DNA from: Paracoccaceae bacterium
Lineage (GTDB): Bacteria > Pseudomonadota > Alphaproteobacteria > Rhodobacterales > Rhodobacteraceae
NCBI GenBank assembly: GCA_002699695.2
Contig: PACC02000043.1
Location: 637-64,636, forward strand
Direction of reading: 5' to 3'
Length of the DNA stretch: 64,000 nt
Both the position numbers and the translations under genes were made by a program. The notes beneath the pieces were generated by a model. That model worked only from the letters and a program-made list of their open reading frames with translations. It did no database searches and had not been told where the DNA came from. Shown here one piece after another: positions 19,709 through 31,270 of this stretch (within the stretch, counting starts at the first letter, position 1; each line of letters starts with the position of its first letter).

Positions 19709-20491
19709 ATGAAAATAATTACTTGGAATATTAATTCGATCAGGTTACGAAGCTCCTTAATTTCTAAAATATTAGAGGAAGAAGAACCTGACATTTTATG
19801 TCTACAAGAATGCAAAAGCCCATCAGAGGATATGCCGTTTGGAGTGTTTGAGCCTTTGGGTTATAAATTTTTTGCGTGCTGGGGACAAAAAAGTTATAAT
19901 GGTGTTGCCTTTATTTCCAGGATTCCATTAGAAAATATTGAAAAGAGGAAATTTTTGGGATCAGAACAGGCTCGGCATATTTCTGCTATAACGAGTACAG
20001 GTCTAACCATCCATAATTTTTATTTTCCTGCTGGAGGTGATATTCCTGACAGAAATTCTAATGAAAAGTTTGCTTTTAAGCTTGATTATATAAAAGCGGT
20101 TGAAGAGTATTTCAGTGTCTTAGATCTTAGCAAATCTATTTTAGTTGGTGATTTAAATATAGCTCCCGAGGAACAAGATGTATGGGATCACAAGAAGTTA
20201 TTGAAAGTCGTAAGCCATACTCCAATAGAGGTGGATCATCTAAGAAGTTTAGCTAAATCGGGTCCTTGGATTGATGTATTAAGGAAAAAATATCCAGATG
20301 AAAAACTCTTTTCTTGGTGGTCTTATAGGGCAAAAGACTGGTTGGTTTCAAATAAAGGACGCCGGTTGGATCATATATGGCTTACAGAAGATCTTTTAGA
20401 TAAATGCAAGAGCTGCTATATTCTCAAGGAAGTAAGGGGGTGGAGTTCACCATCAGATCATGTCCCAGTAGTAGCCGAGTTAGTCTTGTGA
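19709..20491 (+). CDS. xth: exodeoxyribonuclease III
   Basis: TWNINSIR, LCLQE, YNGVA, GDLNIAP, RLDHIW, SDHVPV; alternative TTG start at 19694. Confidence 0.95.
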   Translation: MKIITWNINSIRLRSSLISKILEEEEPDILCLQECKSPSEDMPFGVFEPLGYKFFACWGQKSYNGVAFISRIPLENIEKRKFLGSEQARHISAITSTGLTIHNFYFPAGGDIPDRNSNEKFAFKLDYIKAVEEYFSVLDLSKSILVGDLNIAPEEQDVWDHKKLLKVVSHTPIEVDHLRSLAKSGPWIDVLRKKYPDEKLFSWWSYRAKDWLVSNKGRRLDHIWLTEDLLDKCKSCYILKEVRGWSSPSDHVPVVAELVL

Positions 20492-21228
20492 ATCGTCCTG
20501 AATTTAAGGTGAAAAATAAAATCGCTACTATCACTTTACGTGCAGAAGCTAGGAAAAATGCTGTTGACCGTAAGGATTTAGATCTTATCGCCAAATTTCT
20601 AGAAAAAATAAAAAATGAAAAGCTAAGATGTTTAATTTTGTCAGGGAAAGGTGATACTTTTAGCTCGGGAATGTATCTTCAGGAGCTAAATATTGGTGAC
20701 TGGCAGGAAAACCCAATTTCTGAAGTCTGCGACTTGATTGAAAAACTACCTTTCATTTCAATATGTCTTTTAAACGGAGGAATTTATGGTGGAAGTGTGG
20801 AGCTGGCATTATCTTGTGATTTTAGGATAGGTTGTAGCTCTGTTAAACTGAAGATTCCCGCAACTAAGTTTGGAATTCATTACGGTGTAAAAGGAATTAG
20901 ACGATGTTTAGAAGCCTTTGGCTTGCAGTTATCAAGGAAGATTTTATTCTTAGGGCGGTCCTTAGATTTTAAAGAGTTAATAGACGTTGGATTCTTAGAT
21001 TACCATGCCAAGGATATTGATTCTACACATATCATTTTGGAGAGAATTATTGATGAAATTTCAGAATTGTCTTTGGATGCTATTTGGCAAATGAAAGCTA
21101 CGCTTCATGATTTAAGAAATAACAATATTAACCATTCTAGAGAAAAGTCTAGGTTTAGCCATAGTTTTAAGAGTGGAATTGTGGCGAAGCGGCTTAAGTT
21201 TTACAGAAAATCAAAAAAGGAAGAGTAA
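20488..21228 (+). CDS. enoyl-CoA hydratase/isomerase (crotonase) family protein
   Basis: IATITL, NGGIYGGSVELALSCDFRI; GTG start overlaps the xth stop (GTGA). Confidence 0.85.
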   Translation: MNRPEFKVKNKIATITLRAEARKNAVDRKDLDLIAKFLEKIKNEKLRCLILSGKGDTFSSGMYLQELNIGDWQENPISEVCDLIEKLPFISICLLNGGIYGGSVELALSCDFRIGCSSVKLKIPATKFGIHYGVKGIRRCLEAFGLQLSRKILFLGRSLDFKELIDVGFLDYHAKDIDSTHIILERIIDEISELSLDAIWQMKATLHDLRNNNINHSREKSRFSHSFKSGIVAKRLKFYRKSKKEE

Positions 21229-21245
21229 TTTAGTTTAATAATATT

Positions 21246-21899
21246 TCATTCATTAATTTTATTATAAAATTTCATTAATTCTGCTGAGACATAAAATAAA
21301 TCATCTTTGATATCAGAATTGATCCTAAGGTTTTTCAATTTTATTTCTGTCTTTTGCTTATCATTTAGGGGAATATCCCAACCTATGATTGAAATAGGAT
21401 CTGCTACAAATTTTAAAATAATCATTCCTGATCCATAATTTTTATCAATTTCCGTGATTTTCAAACTAACTTGATTTTCTAAAGTATATATCTTGGAGCT
21501 TATCGAAGGATCTAGTAAATCTAGCTCATTGTTACTAAGATATTTAAGAGGAGTTTCGTTGATAGGAAATCTTAATGGTTCAGCATTAGATCCATAGTCT
21601 ATAATTGCAAGAATCCCATGGCTGGCTAAAATTAAGTGGTCAGCTTTCTGATCCTTATATTCAATCCTCAGTTTTCCAGGTTTTTTTAATTTTATTACCC
21701 CTGATTTTTGTGTCCCATACTGGTCTATTTGCACAATTTCCGCTTCGAGTGACTGTATGCCATTAAGGTAATCTTCAATTTTTTCTATTTGATTAGCTTC
21801 TGATCCAAAAGATTGGTTGCTGTATATAAAGAAGGTTATACTAATCGATAGAAACAAATACTTCATTAATTGGTTTAAAAAAAACATTAGTCCACTCAA
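21246..21899 (-). CDS. lolA: outer-membrane lipoprotein carrier LolA family
   Basis: Signal peptide, KKPGKLRIEY, TPL; lies directly after ftsK. Confidence 0.82.
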   Translation of the reverse strand: MSGLMFFLNQLMKYLFLSISITFFIYSNQSFGSEANQIEKIEDYLNGIQSLEAEIVQIDQYGTQKSGVIKLKKPGKLRIEYKDQKADHLILASHGILAIIDYGSNAEPLRFPINETPLKYLSNNELDLLDPSISSKIYTLENQVSLKITEIDKNYGSGMIILKFVADPISIIGWDIPLNDKQKTEIKLKNLRINSDIKDDLFYVSAELMKFYNKINE

Positions 21900-21900
21900 G

Positions 21901-24438
21901 TCAGATTTCTGAGATTAAAATCTCTCTTTTGCCAACATGATTAGCTGGGGATACTATCCCTTGTTCTTCCATAGTTTCAACTAATTTTGCTGCTTTGTTA
22001 TAACCAATAGATAGGCGTCTTTGGATATATGAAGTAGAACATTTCTTATCTCTGGCTACTATTGCCACCGCCTGATCATAAAGGGCATTATCTCCATCAT
22101 TTTCTGGAGATATTAAGCCCATAGCTAAATCTATCTTACTTTGGGTCTCTTCATCCGGCCCATCAATTATTCCAGAAATATAATTAGGTGATCCTTGATT
22201 TTTTAGGTGGTGCACCACTTCTTCAACTTCTTCATCTGAAACATAAGGGCCATGCACTCTGGTGATCTTTCCCCCATTAGCCATGTAAAGCATGTCTCCC
22301 ATGCCAAGGAGTTGTTCAGCACCCATTTCTCCAAGGATCGTTCTACTATCAATTTTTGAAGTTACTTGAAAAGAAATTCTGGTGGGAAAATTCGCTTTGA
22401 TTGTGCCCGTAATTACATCTACTGAAGGTCTTTGAGTTGCCATAATTAAATGAATACCAGCAGCTCTAGCCATTTGTGCTAGTCTTTGTATGCAGGCTTC
22501 TATATCTTTTCCGGAAACCATCATTAAATCTGCCATTTCATCTACAATTATGACTATGAAGGGTAAGTGCTCTGGTTTAGTATTTTGATTTTCAAATTTT
22601 GGCTCGCCAGTTTCCTCATCAAATCCTATTTGAACAGTCCTGGTGAATTCTTCATTGTTACGTAGTGCCTGTTCTACTCTAAGATTATAACTCTCTATAT
22701 TTCTAACTCCCATTTTTGACATTTTTCGATATCGCTCTTCCATTTCTCCAACAGCCCATTTGAGTGCTACTACGGCTTTCTTTGGATCAGTTACTACTGG
22801 GCTCAATAAATGCGGTATTCCATCATAAACTGACAATTCTAGCATTTTAGGATCGATCATGATTAATTTGCACTCTTCCGGAGAGAGTTTGTAAAGTAAT
22901 GAAAGTATCATGGTATTGATTCCTACTGACTTACCTGAACCGGTAGTTCCTGCAATCAATAAGTGGGGCATTCTTGCAAGATTGGCAACAATCGGCTCTC
23001 CTCCAATGTTCTTTCCTAAAGCTAATGGTAGTTGGTAACTACTGTCTCCATAAGCTCGAGAAGATAGTATTTCTCTCAAGAACACTTTTTCTCTTGTGTT
23101 ATTAGGTAATTCTATTCCAATAACTGATCTTCCCGGTATAGTCGAAACACGAGTTGCCAAGGCTGACATTGATCTCGCTATATCATCAGCTAAGCTAATT
23201 ACTCTGCTTGCCTTTAGGCCTGCAGCAGGTTCAAGCTCATAAAGCGTGACAACTGGTCCAGGTTTCACTGATAGTATTTCTCCTCTAACCCCATAATCAT
23301 CTAAAACATTTTCTAGCATCCTAGCATTTTCATTTAAGGCATCATCTGACATTAAATTCTTACTTGAAGTTGTTTGGCTTTGCAGCAGAGATAGTTTGGG
23401 AGCTTCATAGGATTCTATCGCTTCTCCTAAAAAGGATAGTGATGGTTGTTCTTCATTTTTTGCAGCTTCACTTTTCAGGCCCATTCTTTTGTTAGGATAT
23501 TTTACTTTTGATCCATGAGAATGTTTATTAGGTGTTTTCTCCTGAACAGTGCTAGTATCCTCTGATTGCCAGGATGTCTCATCTTTTTTTAAGAATCCAG
23601 AATCGTTTAATCCGCCGAGAGTAGGAATTATAGCTTTATGTTCAGTTGAGTTGTCTTGCTGTGAGAAAATAGTTGGTTCAAGGCGATAGTTTACATTTTT
23701 TTCTTCCAAACTTGATGAATCAATCTCATCATAATATGTTTGTTTTTTCTTGAATAGTGAGATCAGATCTTTCTTTTTGAAATTATTATAGAAGATATAA
23801 TGGACCATTTTCATCCCATATAATAGACTACTAAAGAAAAATTTGGTCAATTTTGTTAGTTCTTTAAGGCTAGTAGCCGTAACGGCTACTGATAGTGAGA
23901 GGGTCAAAAGTGCGCAGGCTGCTGAAGTTAAACGTAAAACAGTATTAGAATCTAGAAAGGCCGCTTGTAGAATGTATTTGAGAATGGTGTCCCCAAATAT
24001 ACCTCCCAGACCGTAAGAGAAAGAAAGGTTCCATTCTGGCGACGGTGGATAAGTCGCAAGAAATATTGCTGTGGTTGCTAGCGGCAGAGGAAAAAAAATG
24101 AGCCGAATGATCATTTTTCTTTTATTTTTGTCAAATGTTAATCTCCAGCTCCATAGTAGCATTAGAAATAATAAAAATTTATAAGATAACCCTAACCCTA
24201 GGTGCAGGGGGTCTGCTATGTGGCTTCCAAAAGCCCCAAAAATATTGTTAGCAGGTTCATTTGGTATATTCCTAAATGATGGATCACCAATGTGATAACT
24301 AAACATGATCAAACCCAGACTTATCGCCATAAATAGAAAAAGAATGCTAAAAAATTGGTAAAGGATATGTTGTAACTTATCCTTGAAAGATGATGAAAGA
24401 ATGGGTCTTCTTGTTTGAGGGGAATTAACTACTGACAT
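21901..24438 (-). CDS. ftsK: DNA translocase FtsK
   Basis: N-terminal TM domain, [33 protein letters not shown], gamma domain [17 protein letters not shown]. Confidence 0.97.
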   Translation of the reverse strand: MSVVNSPQTRRPILSSSFKDKLQHILYQFFSILFLFMAISLGLIMFSYHIGDPSFRNIPNEPANNIFGAFGSHIADPLHLGLGLSYKFLLFLMLLWSWRLTFDKNKRKMIIRLIFFPLPLATTAIFLATYPPSPEWNLSFSYGLGGIFGDTILKYILQAAFLDSNTVLRLTSAACALLTLSLSVAVTATSLKELTKLTKFFFSSLLYGMKMVHYIFYNNFKKKDLISLFKKKQTYYDEIDSSSLEEKNVNYRLEPTIFSQQDNSTEHKAIIPTLGGLNDSGFLKKDETSWQSEDTSTVQEKTPNKHSHGSKVKYPNKRMGLKSEAAKNEEQPSLSFLGEAIESYEAPKLSLLQSQTTSSKNLMSDDALNENARMLENVLDDYGVRGEILSVKPGPVVTLYELEPAAGLKASRVISLADDIARSMSALATRVSTIPGRSVIGIELPNNTREKVFLREILSSRAYGDSSYQLPLALGKNIGGEPIVANLARMPHLLIAGTTGSGKSVGINTMILSLLYKLSPEECKLIMIDPKMLELSVYDGIPHLLSPVVTDPKKAVVALKWAVGEMEERYRKMSKMGVRNIESYNLRVEQALRNNEEFTRTVQIGFDEETGEPKFENQNTKPEHLPFIVIIVDEMADLMMVSGKDIEACIQRLAQMARAAGIHLIMATQRPSVDVITGTIKANFPTRISFQVTSKIDSRTILGEMGAEQLLGMGDMLYMANGGKITRVHGPYVSDEEVEEVVHHLKNQGSPNYISGIIDGPDEETQSKIDLAMGLISPENDGDNALYDQAVAIVARDKKCSTSYIQRRLSIGYNKAAKLVETMEEQGIVSPANHVGKREILISEI

Positions 24439-25657
24439 GGGATTCAATCTCTTTTGCTGTTATTAAATTTAAGGCTTTGGCTATTTTAGCAAGTCCCAAA
24501 GCGGTTTTTTCTATTGGATGAACCAATGCTACTCTGATAAAATCAGATCCTGGATTATCAGAGTGCAAACAATTTTTTGTCTGGTGAGTAAGATATGAAC
24601 CAGGCAGACATCTAATGCCATATTTCTTCCACAATGAATATGTGAATTTTTCACCATTTCCTACTTTTAACCATAGGAAGAAACCTGCCTGTAGAGGTTT
24701 GAAATTTTCCATATTTTTGAAAATTTTGTCAGCGAGTTCATATTTTTTTCGATACAAATTGCGATTTATTTTTACATGCTCTTCCTCATTCCATGCTAAT
24801 TGAGAAACTTCTTGGACTGGCATAGGTAAGGGTGCCCCACCATAGGAGCGAAGCTTTTTTATTGCACCAATATTATTCTGGCCTCCACATACAAATCCTG
24901 ATCGGAGCCCAGGTAAATTCGAACGCTTTGAGAGAGAATTGAAGCTTAGAGATTTTTCGGCATCATGATTTAGGATATTTGCGGCCTGTAATATTCCGAT
25001 AGGCTTCATTTCTCGGTATATTTCAGAATAGCATTCATCTGAAAAAATCTTAAATCCATATAATTCAGCCAGGTTAAACAAAGATTTCCAATATTTTAGA
25101 TCGGCAACTGCTCCTTGAGGATTAGATGGGGAGCATATGATAAGAATAGATGTCCTATTGAGGATTTTTTTTGGAACTTTACGAAAATCAGGCAAGAAAC
25201 AATTGTTGGGCATTGCTGGTACAAAAAAAGGTTCAGCATCAGCGGCTAATGCTGCAGCTAAGTAACACTGATAAAATGGATTAGGAATTAGAATGACAGG
25301 CTTTTCTACTGTTTTTTGATTATCACAAAGGGCTAATGTTGCATTAAATATACCTTCTCGAGAGCCATTCAACGCTACCAAGCTTGTATCAGGGTTCGGA
25401 GGGTTAATGTCATATCTATTGCTTAACCAAAGACTTATAGCTTCCAGCAATTTTCTTGAGCCAAAATTTGGGGGGTATTTATTTAACTGACTCGTGCATT
25501 TAGCTATTGCTTCTGCAACGAAAGGAGGAACTAAATGTTTTGGTTCTCCAATAGAAAAATCCAAAGGTTCTCCTAAAGGATCAATCTTATCTAGTAAGAT
25601 TCTTAACCTTGAAAAGGGATAATCCGGTAAATTACTAAACCGCTCATTATTAACCAT
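24425..25657 (-). CDS. class I/II PLP aminotransferase (DapC/DapL-like)
   Basis: [35 protein letters not shown]. Confidence 0.9.
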   Translation of the reverse strand: MVNNERFSNLPDYPFSRLRILLDKIDPLGEPLDFSIGEPKHLVPPFVAEAIAKCTSQLNKYPPNFGSRKLLEAISLWLSNRYDINPPNPDTSLVALNGSREGIFNATLALCDNQKTVEKPVILIPNPFYQCYLAAALAADAEPFFVPAMPNNCFLPDFRKVPKKILNRTSILIICSPSNPQGAVADLKYWKSLFNLAELYGFKIFSDECYSEIYREMKPIGILQAANILNHDAEKSLSFNSLSKRSNLPGLRSGFVCGGQNNIGAIKKLRSYGGAPLPMPVQEVSQLAWNEEEHVKINRNLYRKKYELADKIFKNMENFKPLQAGFFLWLKVGNGEKFTYSLWKKYGIRCLPGSYLTHQTKNCLHSDNPGSDFIRVALVHPIEKTALGLAKIAKALNLITAKEIESHVSS

Positions 25658-25776
25658 GACTGCCTCAAAATCGGAATCTGCGCTCCGCTCGATTGATCTT
25701 ACCTTTACTTTATGTTGAGGTCTAGCATTTTAAATGATATTATCTAAGCAGAAACCAGATAATCCAGGGTAGATAA

Positions 25777-27102
25777 TTATTTTAAATGCTCAAGTAATTG
25801 AGCAGTTTGTAATATAGCTTGGTCTTCTTGGGGTTTGCCTAGTAGCATCAAGCCGCAATTTTTTATTTCGGTAGGAATTGTTATAGAATTCAAACCTAAC
25901 AAATTGGCTATACGCGTATTTCTCAAAGCTAATAAATTAGACTTTGTAAAGTAATCTTCAGATTCAATTAAATCTTTTATTTTCGGTGGTAAAATAGGAC
26001 AGGTAGGGGCAAGCAAAGAGTCAAAACCAGCAATTTTATCTAGAAAACTTTTCCTTAAATTAGTAAGTTTTTTCCATGAAGACAGATAGACCTGATAATC
26101 AATGTTACGACCTCCTCTAAAGCGTGAAAGAATGGGTGGGTACATTTCCCCCGGGGAATCTTCAATGATTTTCCCCCAACTGCTATAGGCTTCATATGGA
26201 AAGATTGTTGATGCCAATGAAGTAGATTCAATGATTTCGGCGATCCTTGTTTCATTGATTTTTGCACCAGATTGCCTTATCTTTTCAAGAAAGTTTTCAA
26301 AGCTTTGACTAATTTCTGGACTTAAACCTTCAGTTAGAAAAGATCTATCTACTAGAAATTTTTTTGCACTAATTCTGCCTTCCGGAAGATTTTTTGGTTG
26401 TTCTCCTTTCAAGATATCATATAGGTAGCGACTATCTTGAACTGTTTTAGTTATGGGTCCAGCAATATCAAAGCTAGGACACAATTTTAGAACTCCATTT
26501 AAACTTAAATTACCGTGAGTAGGCTTAAAGCCTACCAGATTGTTCCAGGCAGCAGGAATTCTTACTGAACCACCAGTATCTGAACCAATCCCAGCAGAGG
26601 AAAGATTAAGTGCTGTTGCAACGGCAGCTCCAGAAGAAGATCCGCCTGGAGCTATTAAGTTGCTAGTCGAATTTGGGGGCGTGGCTGTTTTTGGATTTAC
26701 TCCCAGACCAGAAAAAGCAAATTCACTTAGATGGGTTTTTCCTATGCTAACTAACCCAAATTTTTGGGCGTTAATTACAATGTCTGCAGTAGTTTTTGCT
26801 ACCCTCCCTGATAGCAGAAGGCTACCACCCTCACTAGCTTTTCCTTCAATATCAAATAAATCTTTCCAATTAATTGGAATCCCGTCCAAAAAACTTTTCC
26901 TCAAGCCACTTTTTTGCCGTTTTTCAGAATCTTCAGCTTGTTTTAAGGCAGAGTCATGGAAAACTTCTGTAAAAATATTCATAGATTGGGGTTGGTTTCT
27001 AATATTATCTAAGTATTCTTCCAGAAGTGTTAGAGGAGACAGAAGATTTTCTTCAATTGCTATGGCTTGCTCTGAAATACTTTTATTAGTATAATTGACC
27101 AT
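25777..27102 (-). CDS. amidase-signature family protein
   Basis: KDLFD, PGGSSSGAA, GSDTGGSVRIPAAWN (Lys-Ser-Ser triad). Confidence 0.92.
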   Translation of the reverse strand: MVNYTNKSISEQAIAIEENLLSPLTLLEEYLDNIRNQPQSMNIFTEVFHDSALKQAEDSEKRQKSGLRKSFLDGIPINWKDLFDIEGKASEGGSLLLSGRVAKTTADIVINAQKFGLVSIGKTHLSEFAFSGLGVNPKTATPPNSTSNLIAPGGSSSGAAVATALNLSSAGIGSDTGGSVRIPAAWNNLVGFKPTHGNLSLNGVLKLCPSFDIAGPITKTVQDSRYLYDILKGEQPKNLPEGRISAKKFLVDRSFLTEGLSPEISQSFENFLEKIRQSGAKINETRIAEIIESTSLASTIFPYEAYSSWGKIIEDSPGEMYPPILSRFRGGRNIDYQVYLSSWKKLTNLRKSFLDKIAGFDSLLAPTCPILPPKIKDLIESEDYFTKSNLLALRNTRIANLLGLNSITIPTEIKNCGLMLLGKPQEDQAILQTAQLLEHLK

Positions 27103-27195
27103 GATTAAGTGCCCATTAATGGATTGCTAATTCTATCTTTATTAAAACTATTATTTGTGTTTTTACAACTATTTCCATAACAGGCAAAAGAGAGA

Positions 27196-28425
27196 ATGGC
27201 CCAAAAAAAGACTAATGTAGTTATAATAGGGGGAGGGATAGTTGGAAGCCTATTGGCATTGATTCTTGGATTGAATGGATTAAAAGTTGTTTTGATTGAG
27301 AAACAATCCTTAGATGACCTTAATTCGAATTCATATGATGGAAGATCTTATGCATTAAATGCTGGTTCTATGAAATTATTGGTTACTTTGAATATTTGGG
27401 ATAAGATCAAAGAGAAAGTACAAATTGTTTCTAGGGTTTTATTACAGCAAGGTGCTGTGACGACACAACCTCAGCCCTTCGATTTGAATTTCTATGATTA
27501 TGAGACAGATAATGGCCCCATTTTTTACATGGTTGAGGATAGATTTCTTAGAAAGGTGATTTTAAGAAAAGTTAGAGAGTGTTCAAATATTAATCACTTA
27601 ACATCTAAGTCTGTTAAAAGGCAAAATATCATAGATAGCTTAATAGAGATTACTTTAGACGATACGCAAGTTATCAAAGCTGATGTTGCTATTGGTGCGG
27701 ATGGATTTCCGTCAAGATCTGCTAAAAGGGCAAAAATAAAGAGATTTGATCAAAATTACAACCAGTCCAGCATAGTTGGTGTGGTTAGACACGAGAATAA
27801 CCACAATGATGAAGCATTTCAGCTTTTCTTACCAGCCGGGCCATTGGCAATCTTACCACTGATTGGAAATAGGTCTTGTTATGTTTGGACTATGAGCACA
27901 AGTGAAGCAGAAAGAATTCATGAATTAGATGAAGATTTATTTTTAAAAAGACTAGTAAAAGTTTTTGATAACCGAAGAGGAAAAATTGAATTAGATACGC
28001 CCAGCAATATTTTTCCAATTTCATTATCCATTGCTAACAAATTGGTTGATGAGAAATTCGCTCTGATTGGTGATTCAGCACACAACATTCATCCCATTGC
28101 TGGACAAGGTCTGAATCTAGGAATTAGGGATGTTGCCTGCTTATCTGAAATATTAATTTTGGCTAGAAGGAATGGAGAGGACATTGGTGCAGTAAATGTT
28201 TTAAGACGATACTCTAAGTGGAGAAACTTTGATATTTTTACTATGGCTCTTTTCACAGATATGGCAAATAAGGTTTTTTCCAATGATAATTTTCTGTTAC
28301 AAATTGCACGGGGAATATCGTTTGATTTTATCAGTAAATCTCCTATTCTAAAGAGCTATTTGATGAAAGAAGCTTCTGGTTTTGTGGGAGATATACCAAA
28401 ATTATTACAGGGGCAAGATATTTGA
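27196..28425 (+). CDS. UbiH/UbiL-family ubiquinone biosynthesis flavin hydroxylase
   Basis: GGGIVG, GADG, FLPAGPLAILP, IGDSAHNIHPIAGQGLNLG. Confidence 0.9.
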   Translation: MAQKKTNVVIIGGGIVGSLLALILGLNGLKVVLIEKQSLDDLNSNSYDGRSYALNAGSMKLLVTLNIWDKIKEKVQIVSRVLLQQGAVTTQPQPFDLNFYDYETDNGPIFYMVEDRFLRKVILRKVRECSNINHLTSKSVKRQNIIDSLIEITLDDTQVIKADVAIGADGFPSRSAKRAKIKRFDQNYNQSSIVGVVRHENNHNDEAFQLFLPAGPLAILPLIGNRSCYVWTMSTSEAERIHELDEDLFLKRLVKVFDNRRGKIELDTPSNIFPISLSIANKLVDEKFALIGDSAHNIHPIAGQGLNLGIRDVACLSEILILARRNGEDIGAVNVLRRYSKWRNFDIFTMALFTDMANKVFSNDNFLLQIARGISFDFISKSPILKSYLMKEASGFVGDIPKLLQGQDI

Positions 28426-28434
28426 CTGCAACTA

Positions 28435-28989
28435 TTATCGAGGACTTCGCTTAGCTAATATTCTTTGAAGTGTTCTTCTGTGCATGCTTAACCGTCTAGC
28501 CGTTTCCGAAACATTTCTGTCACAAAGTTCAAAAACTCTTTGAATGTGTTCCCACCTTACCCTGTCAGCAGACATAGGATTTTCTGGAGGTGGAGGTTTT
28601 GATCTTTTCGTCGAAAGAAGGGCTGCTGTGATGTCTTTTGCATCAGCTGGCTTTGCCAGATAATCAACCGCACCAATCTTTACGGCTGCGACTGCTGTGG
28701 CGATCGCTCCATAACCAGTTAAAACAACTATAGAAGAATCAGGGCGGTTTTTCCGAATTTTCTCAACTACATCCAGCCCGTTTCCATCACCTAATCTAAG
28801 ATCGATAATAGCGTAAGCAGGGGGGTTTTTTTCAACATGACTGAGACCTGCTTGAACACTCAACAGAGTATTTACAGTAAAACCTCTTCTTTCCATAGCT
28901 CTACTGAGAGTTCTAGTGAAAGGTTCATCATCATCTAAAATTAATAAAGTGGGATCAACCCCGAGATCAATTTTCTCAACTAGTTCCAT
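28435..28989 (-). CDS. regA: redox response regulator RegA/PrrA/ActR
   Basis: DLRLGDGNG, PPPPENPMSADRVRWEHIQRV, NVSETARRLSMHRRTLQRILAKRSPR; start at Met30 of the track ORF. Confidence 0.97.
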   Translation of the reverse strand: MELVEKIDLGVDPTLLILDDDEPFTRTLSRAMERRGFTVNTLLSVQAGLSHVEKNPPAYAIIDLRLGDGNGLDVVEKIRKNRPDSSIVVLTGYGAIATAVAAVKIGAVDYLAKPADAKDITAALLSTKRSKPPPPENPMSADRVRWEHIQRVFELCDRNVSETARRLSMHRRTLQRILAKRSPR

Positions 28990-29041
28990 GTAAATCGATA
29001 TATGGTCAAATGTGATATTTTCAAGTTGAAGCAAAATCTTC

Positions 29042-29698
29042 TTATGAAATTTTTCTACTAGCGCCTTTATTTTCAATAATACATTTTATGGTATCAGCTA
29101 TTTTTTGGGAATTTTCTTTTCTTGTGAAGTAGGTTTGCACGCCATCTTGGGGCAAAATGAAATATGAAAAGGTACTATGATTTACGGTATAGTCTTTTGA
29201 TGAATCATCAGGAATTTCTGAATATACCTTGTAGATATTTTTTACTGAATCTATTTGCTCTTCTGATCCAGTAAATCCAATCATATTTGGGTGGTGAAAA
29301 GATGTAAAATCCTTTAATCTAGTAGGGGAATCTCTTGCTGGATCGACTGAAATAAAAAGGGGTTTTATTTTTATATTCTCTTGGTCTAGTAGCTCGACTA
29401 CTTCAGAATTTCTCATCAAATCAAAAGGACAAATATCCGGGCAGTAGGTATAACCAAAATATAAAAGACTTGGGCTATCAAGAATAGAATGACTAGAAAC
29501 TTTTAACCCTTCTTCATCAATCAGGTAGAAGTCTCCTTGGAAAGATTTGAAAGTGCTTGCATTTGAATTTAGGTTGCATTCGGTTAGTTCATTTATTACT
29601 GATTCCCTTTTAGAAACTAAAAAAATGGTTAGACTTGCACATAAAAGCAAGGACAAGCTAACAGCTACAAATTTAGAATTATTATGCCTTCCCATCAT
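29042..29698 (-). CDS. senC: SCO1/SenC copper chaperone
   Basis: FGYTYCPDICP, ISVDPARD, YTVNHS; between regB and regA. Confidence 0.93.
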   Translation of the reverse strand: MMGRHNNSKFVAVSLSLLLCASLTIFLVSKRESVINELTECNLNSNASTFKSFQGDFYLIDEEGLKVSSHSILDSPSLLYFGYTYCPDICPFDLMRNSEVVELLDQENIKIKPLFISVDPARDSPTRLKDFTSFHHPNMIGFTGSEEQIDSVKNIYKVYSEIPDDSSKDYTVNHSTFSYFILPQDGVQTYFTRKENSQKIADTIKCIIENKGASRKIS

Positions 29699-29813
29699 TT
29701 TTTTTTAAAACCTTTTTTAAGTATTTGAGGGTTAGATTATTTTGGAATCGGAGAACTGATGAGTTTATTGATTTAGGTTTCTTTATAAAGCTTTTTTTTG
29801 ATTGGACTAGGTA

Positions 29814-31211
29814 ATGAATAAAAAAATTGTAAGATCTTTTACCAAATCTGCCAGGGGTGATTGGATAAGATTATTAACACTAACCTACTTGAGGTGGTTA
29901 GCAGTATTTGGTCAGCTTTTGGCTCTTTTAGTTGGATATTATATTTTGCACTTGGATTTTAATCTAATGGCATGTCTCGGATTAATTCTGTTGTCCTCAC
30001 TACTTAATATAATTAGCACCATTTATTTTCCTAAAACAAAACGGTTGTCTGAGTATCAAAATATGCTCTTACTTTTATACGATCTCCTGCAGTTGGGATC
30101 CATGTTGTTTTTTACTGGTGGGTTGACCAACCCATTTTCTGTTTTGATACTAGCCCCTGTAATAATATCTGCCACAGTCCTAAATTTAAGATTCACCATT
30201 TTGCTTGGAATTTCTGCCGGTGCTCTTATTACTATCCTTTCAGGATTTTATATTCCCCTTAGAAATCAATTTGGAGAAGTATTAGAACCTCCTTATTTAC
30301 TTTTGATTGGCAATTGGCTGGCTCTTTCGATAGCTATACTATTCATAGCTGTTTACTCTCGAAGAGTTGCTACAGAAACTTTTTCGATGTCAAAGGCTCT
30401 TCAGGCAATGCAAATGGCTTTAGAAAGAGAATATAGATTAACCTCCTTAGGTGGGATAGTAGCTGCAGCAGCGCATGAGTTAGGCACCCCACTAGCGACA
30501 ATTAAATTAGCTTCCACAGAACTTCAGCATGGTTTTTCTAATATGAAGGAGCTTAATCAAGATTTAAATTTGATCAGTATGCAAGTAGATAGATGTAAAG
30601 AAATCTTAAGCAATATTGGTAGGCGCGGTAAGGAAGACATATTTTTGAGAAACATGCCAATTATGATTGTTTTGCAAGAAGCTGCTGAACCATATCTGGT
30701 AGAAAATAATAGAGTCTTTTTTTCACTAAATGGTAACACTGGCCAGGATCTGGAAAATTTTAACAAAGATTACCAACCCTTAATTAATAGAAAACCAGAG
30801 TTGATATATGGACTTAGAAATATCATTCAAAACGCTATACATTTTTCTACTAGGACTGTTTTTCTAGATGTTAAATATGATAGTAAAACAATCATTTTTC
30901 AAATTTCAGATGATGGAGACGGGTTTCCAGCGCATCTTTTGGATAGAATAGGTGAACCATTTTTGATTGAAGGAATTGAAGAAGAATATTTTGATATCAG
31001 TAGGCCCCATTACGAAGGTATGGGATTAGGTTTGTTCATAGCAAAAACGTTGCTTGAACACTTAGGTGGTATTGTCTCATTCAAAAATAAGGGTGGGAAT
31101 AGTAGCCATAATAAAGGTAGAAAAGAAATTGTTCTTAATAAAGAAAGTTCTGGTACAGGTGCTGTTGTCACGATTCAATTTGATAGGAGTGATCTGGAAG
31201 AAAAAACCTAA
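29814..31211 (+). CDS. regB: redox sensor kinase RegB/PrrB/ActS
   Basis: GGLTNPF quinone-binding motif, AAAAHELGTPL H-box, redox Cys in DRC, DDGDGF, GMGLGLFIA. Confidence 0.96.
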   Translation: MNKKIVRSFTKSARGDWIRLLTLTYLRWLAVFGQLLALLVGYYILHLDFNLMACLGLILLSSLLNIISTIYFPKTKRLSEYQNMLLLLYDLLQLGSMLFFTGGLTNPFSVLILAPVIISATVLNLRFTILLGISAGALITILSGFYIPLRNQFGEVLEPPYLLLIGNWLALSIAILFIAVYSRRVATETFSMSKALQAMQMALEREYRLTSLGGIVAAAAHELGTPLATIKLASTELQHGFSNMKELNQDLNLISMQVDRCKEILSNIGRRGKEDIFLRNMPIMIVLQEAAEPYLVENNRVFFSLNGNTGQDLENFNKDYQPLINRKPELIYGLRNIIQNAIHFSTRTVFLDVKYDSKTIIFQISDDGDGFPAHLLDRIGEPFLIEGIEEEYFDISRPHYEGMGLGLFIAKTLLEHLGGIVSFKNKGGNSSHNKGRKEIVLNKESSGTGAVVTIQFDRSDLEEKT

Positions 31212-31270
31212 TTTTTCCAAAATGATTAAAAAGTATAAAATAAATATTGTATATTTGATTGAAAATCCGA

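Noticed and set aside
26540..27094. 184-aa ORF antisense to the amidase
   Set aside because: Mirror-frame shadow with no motifs of its own.
28990..29076. N-terminal extension of RegA in the ORF track
   Set aside because: Overlaps senC; RegA homology begins at ATG 28989.
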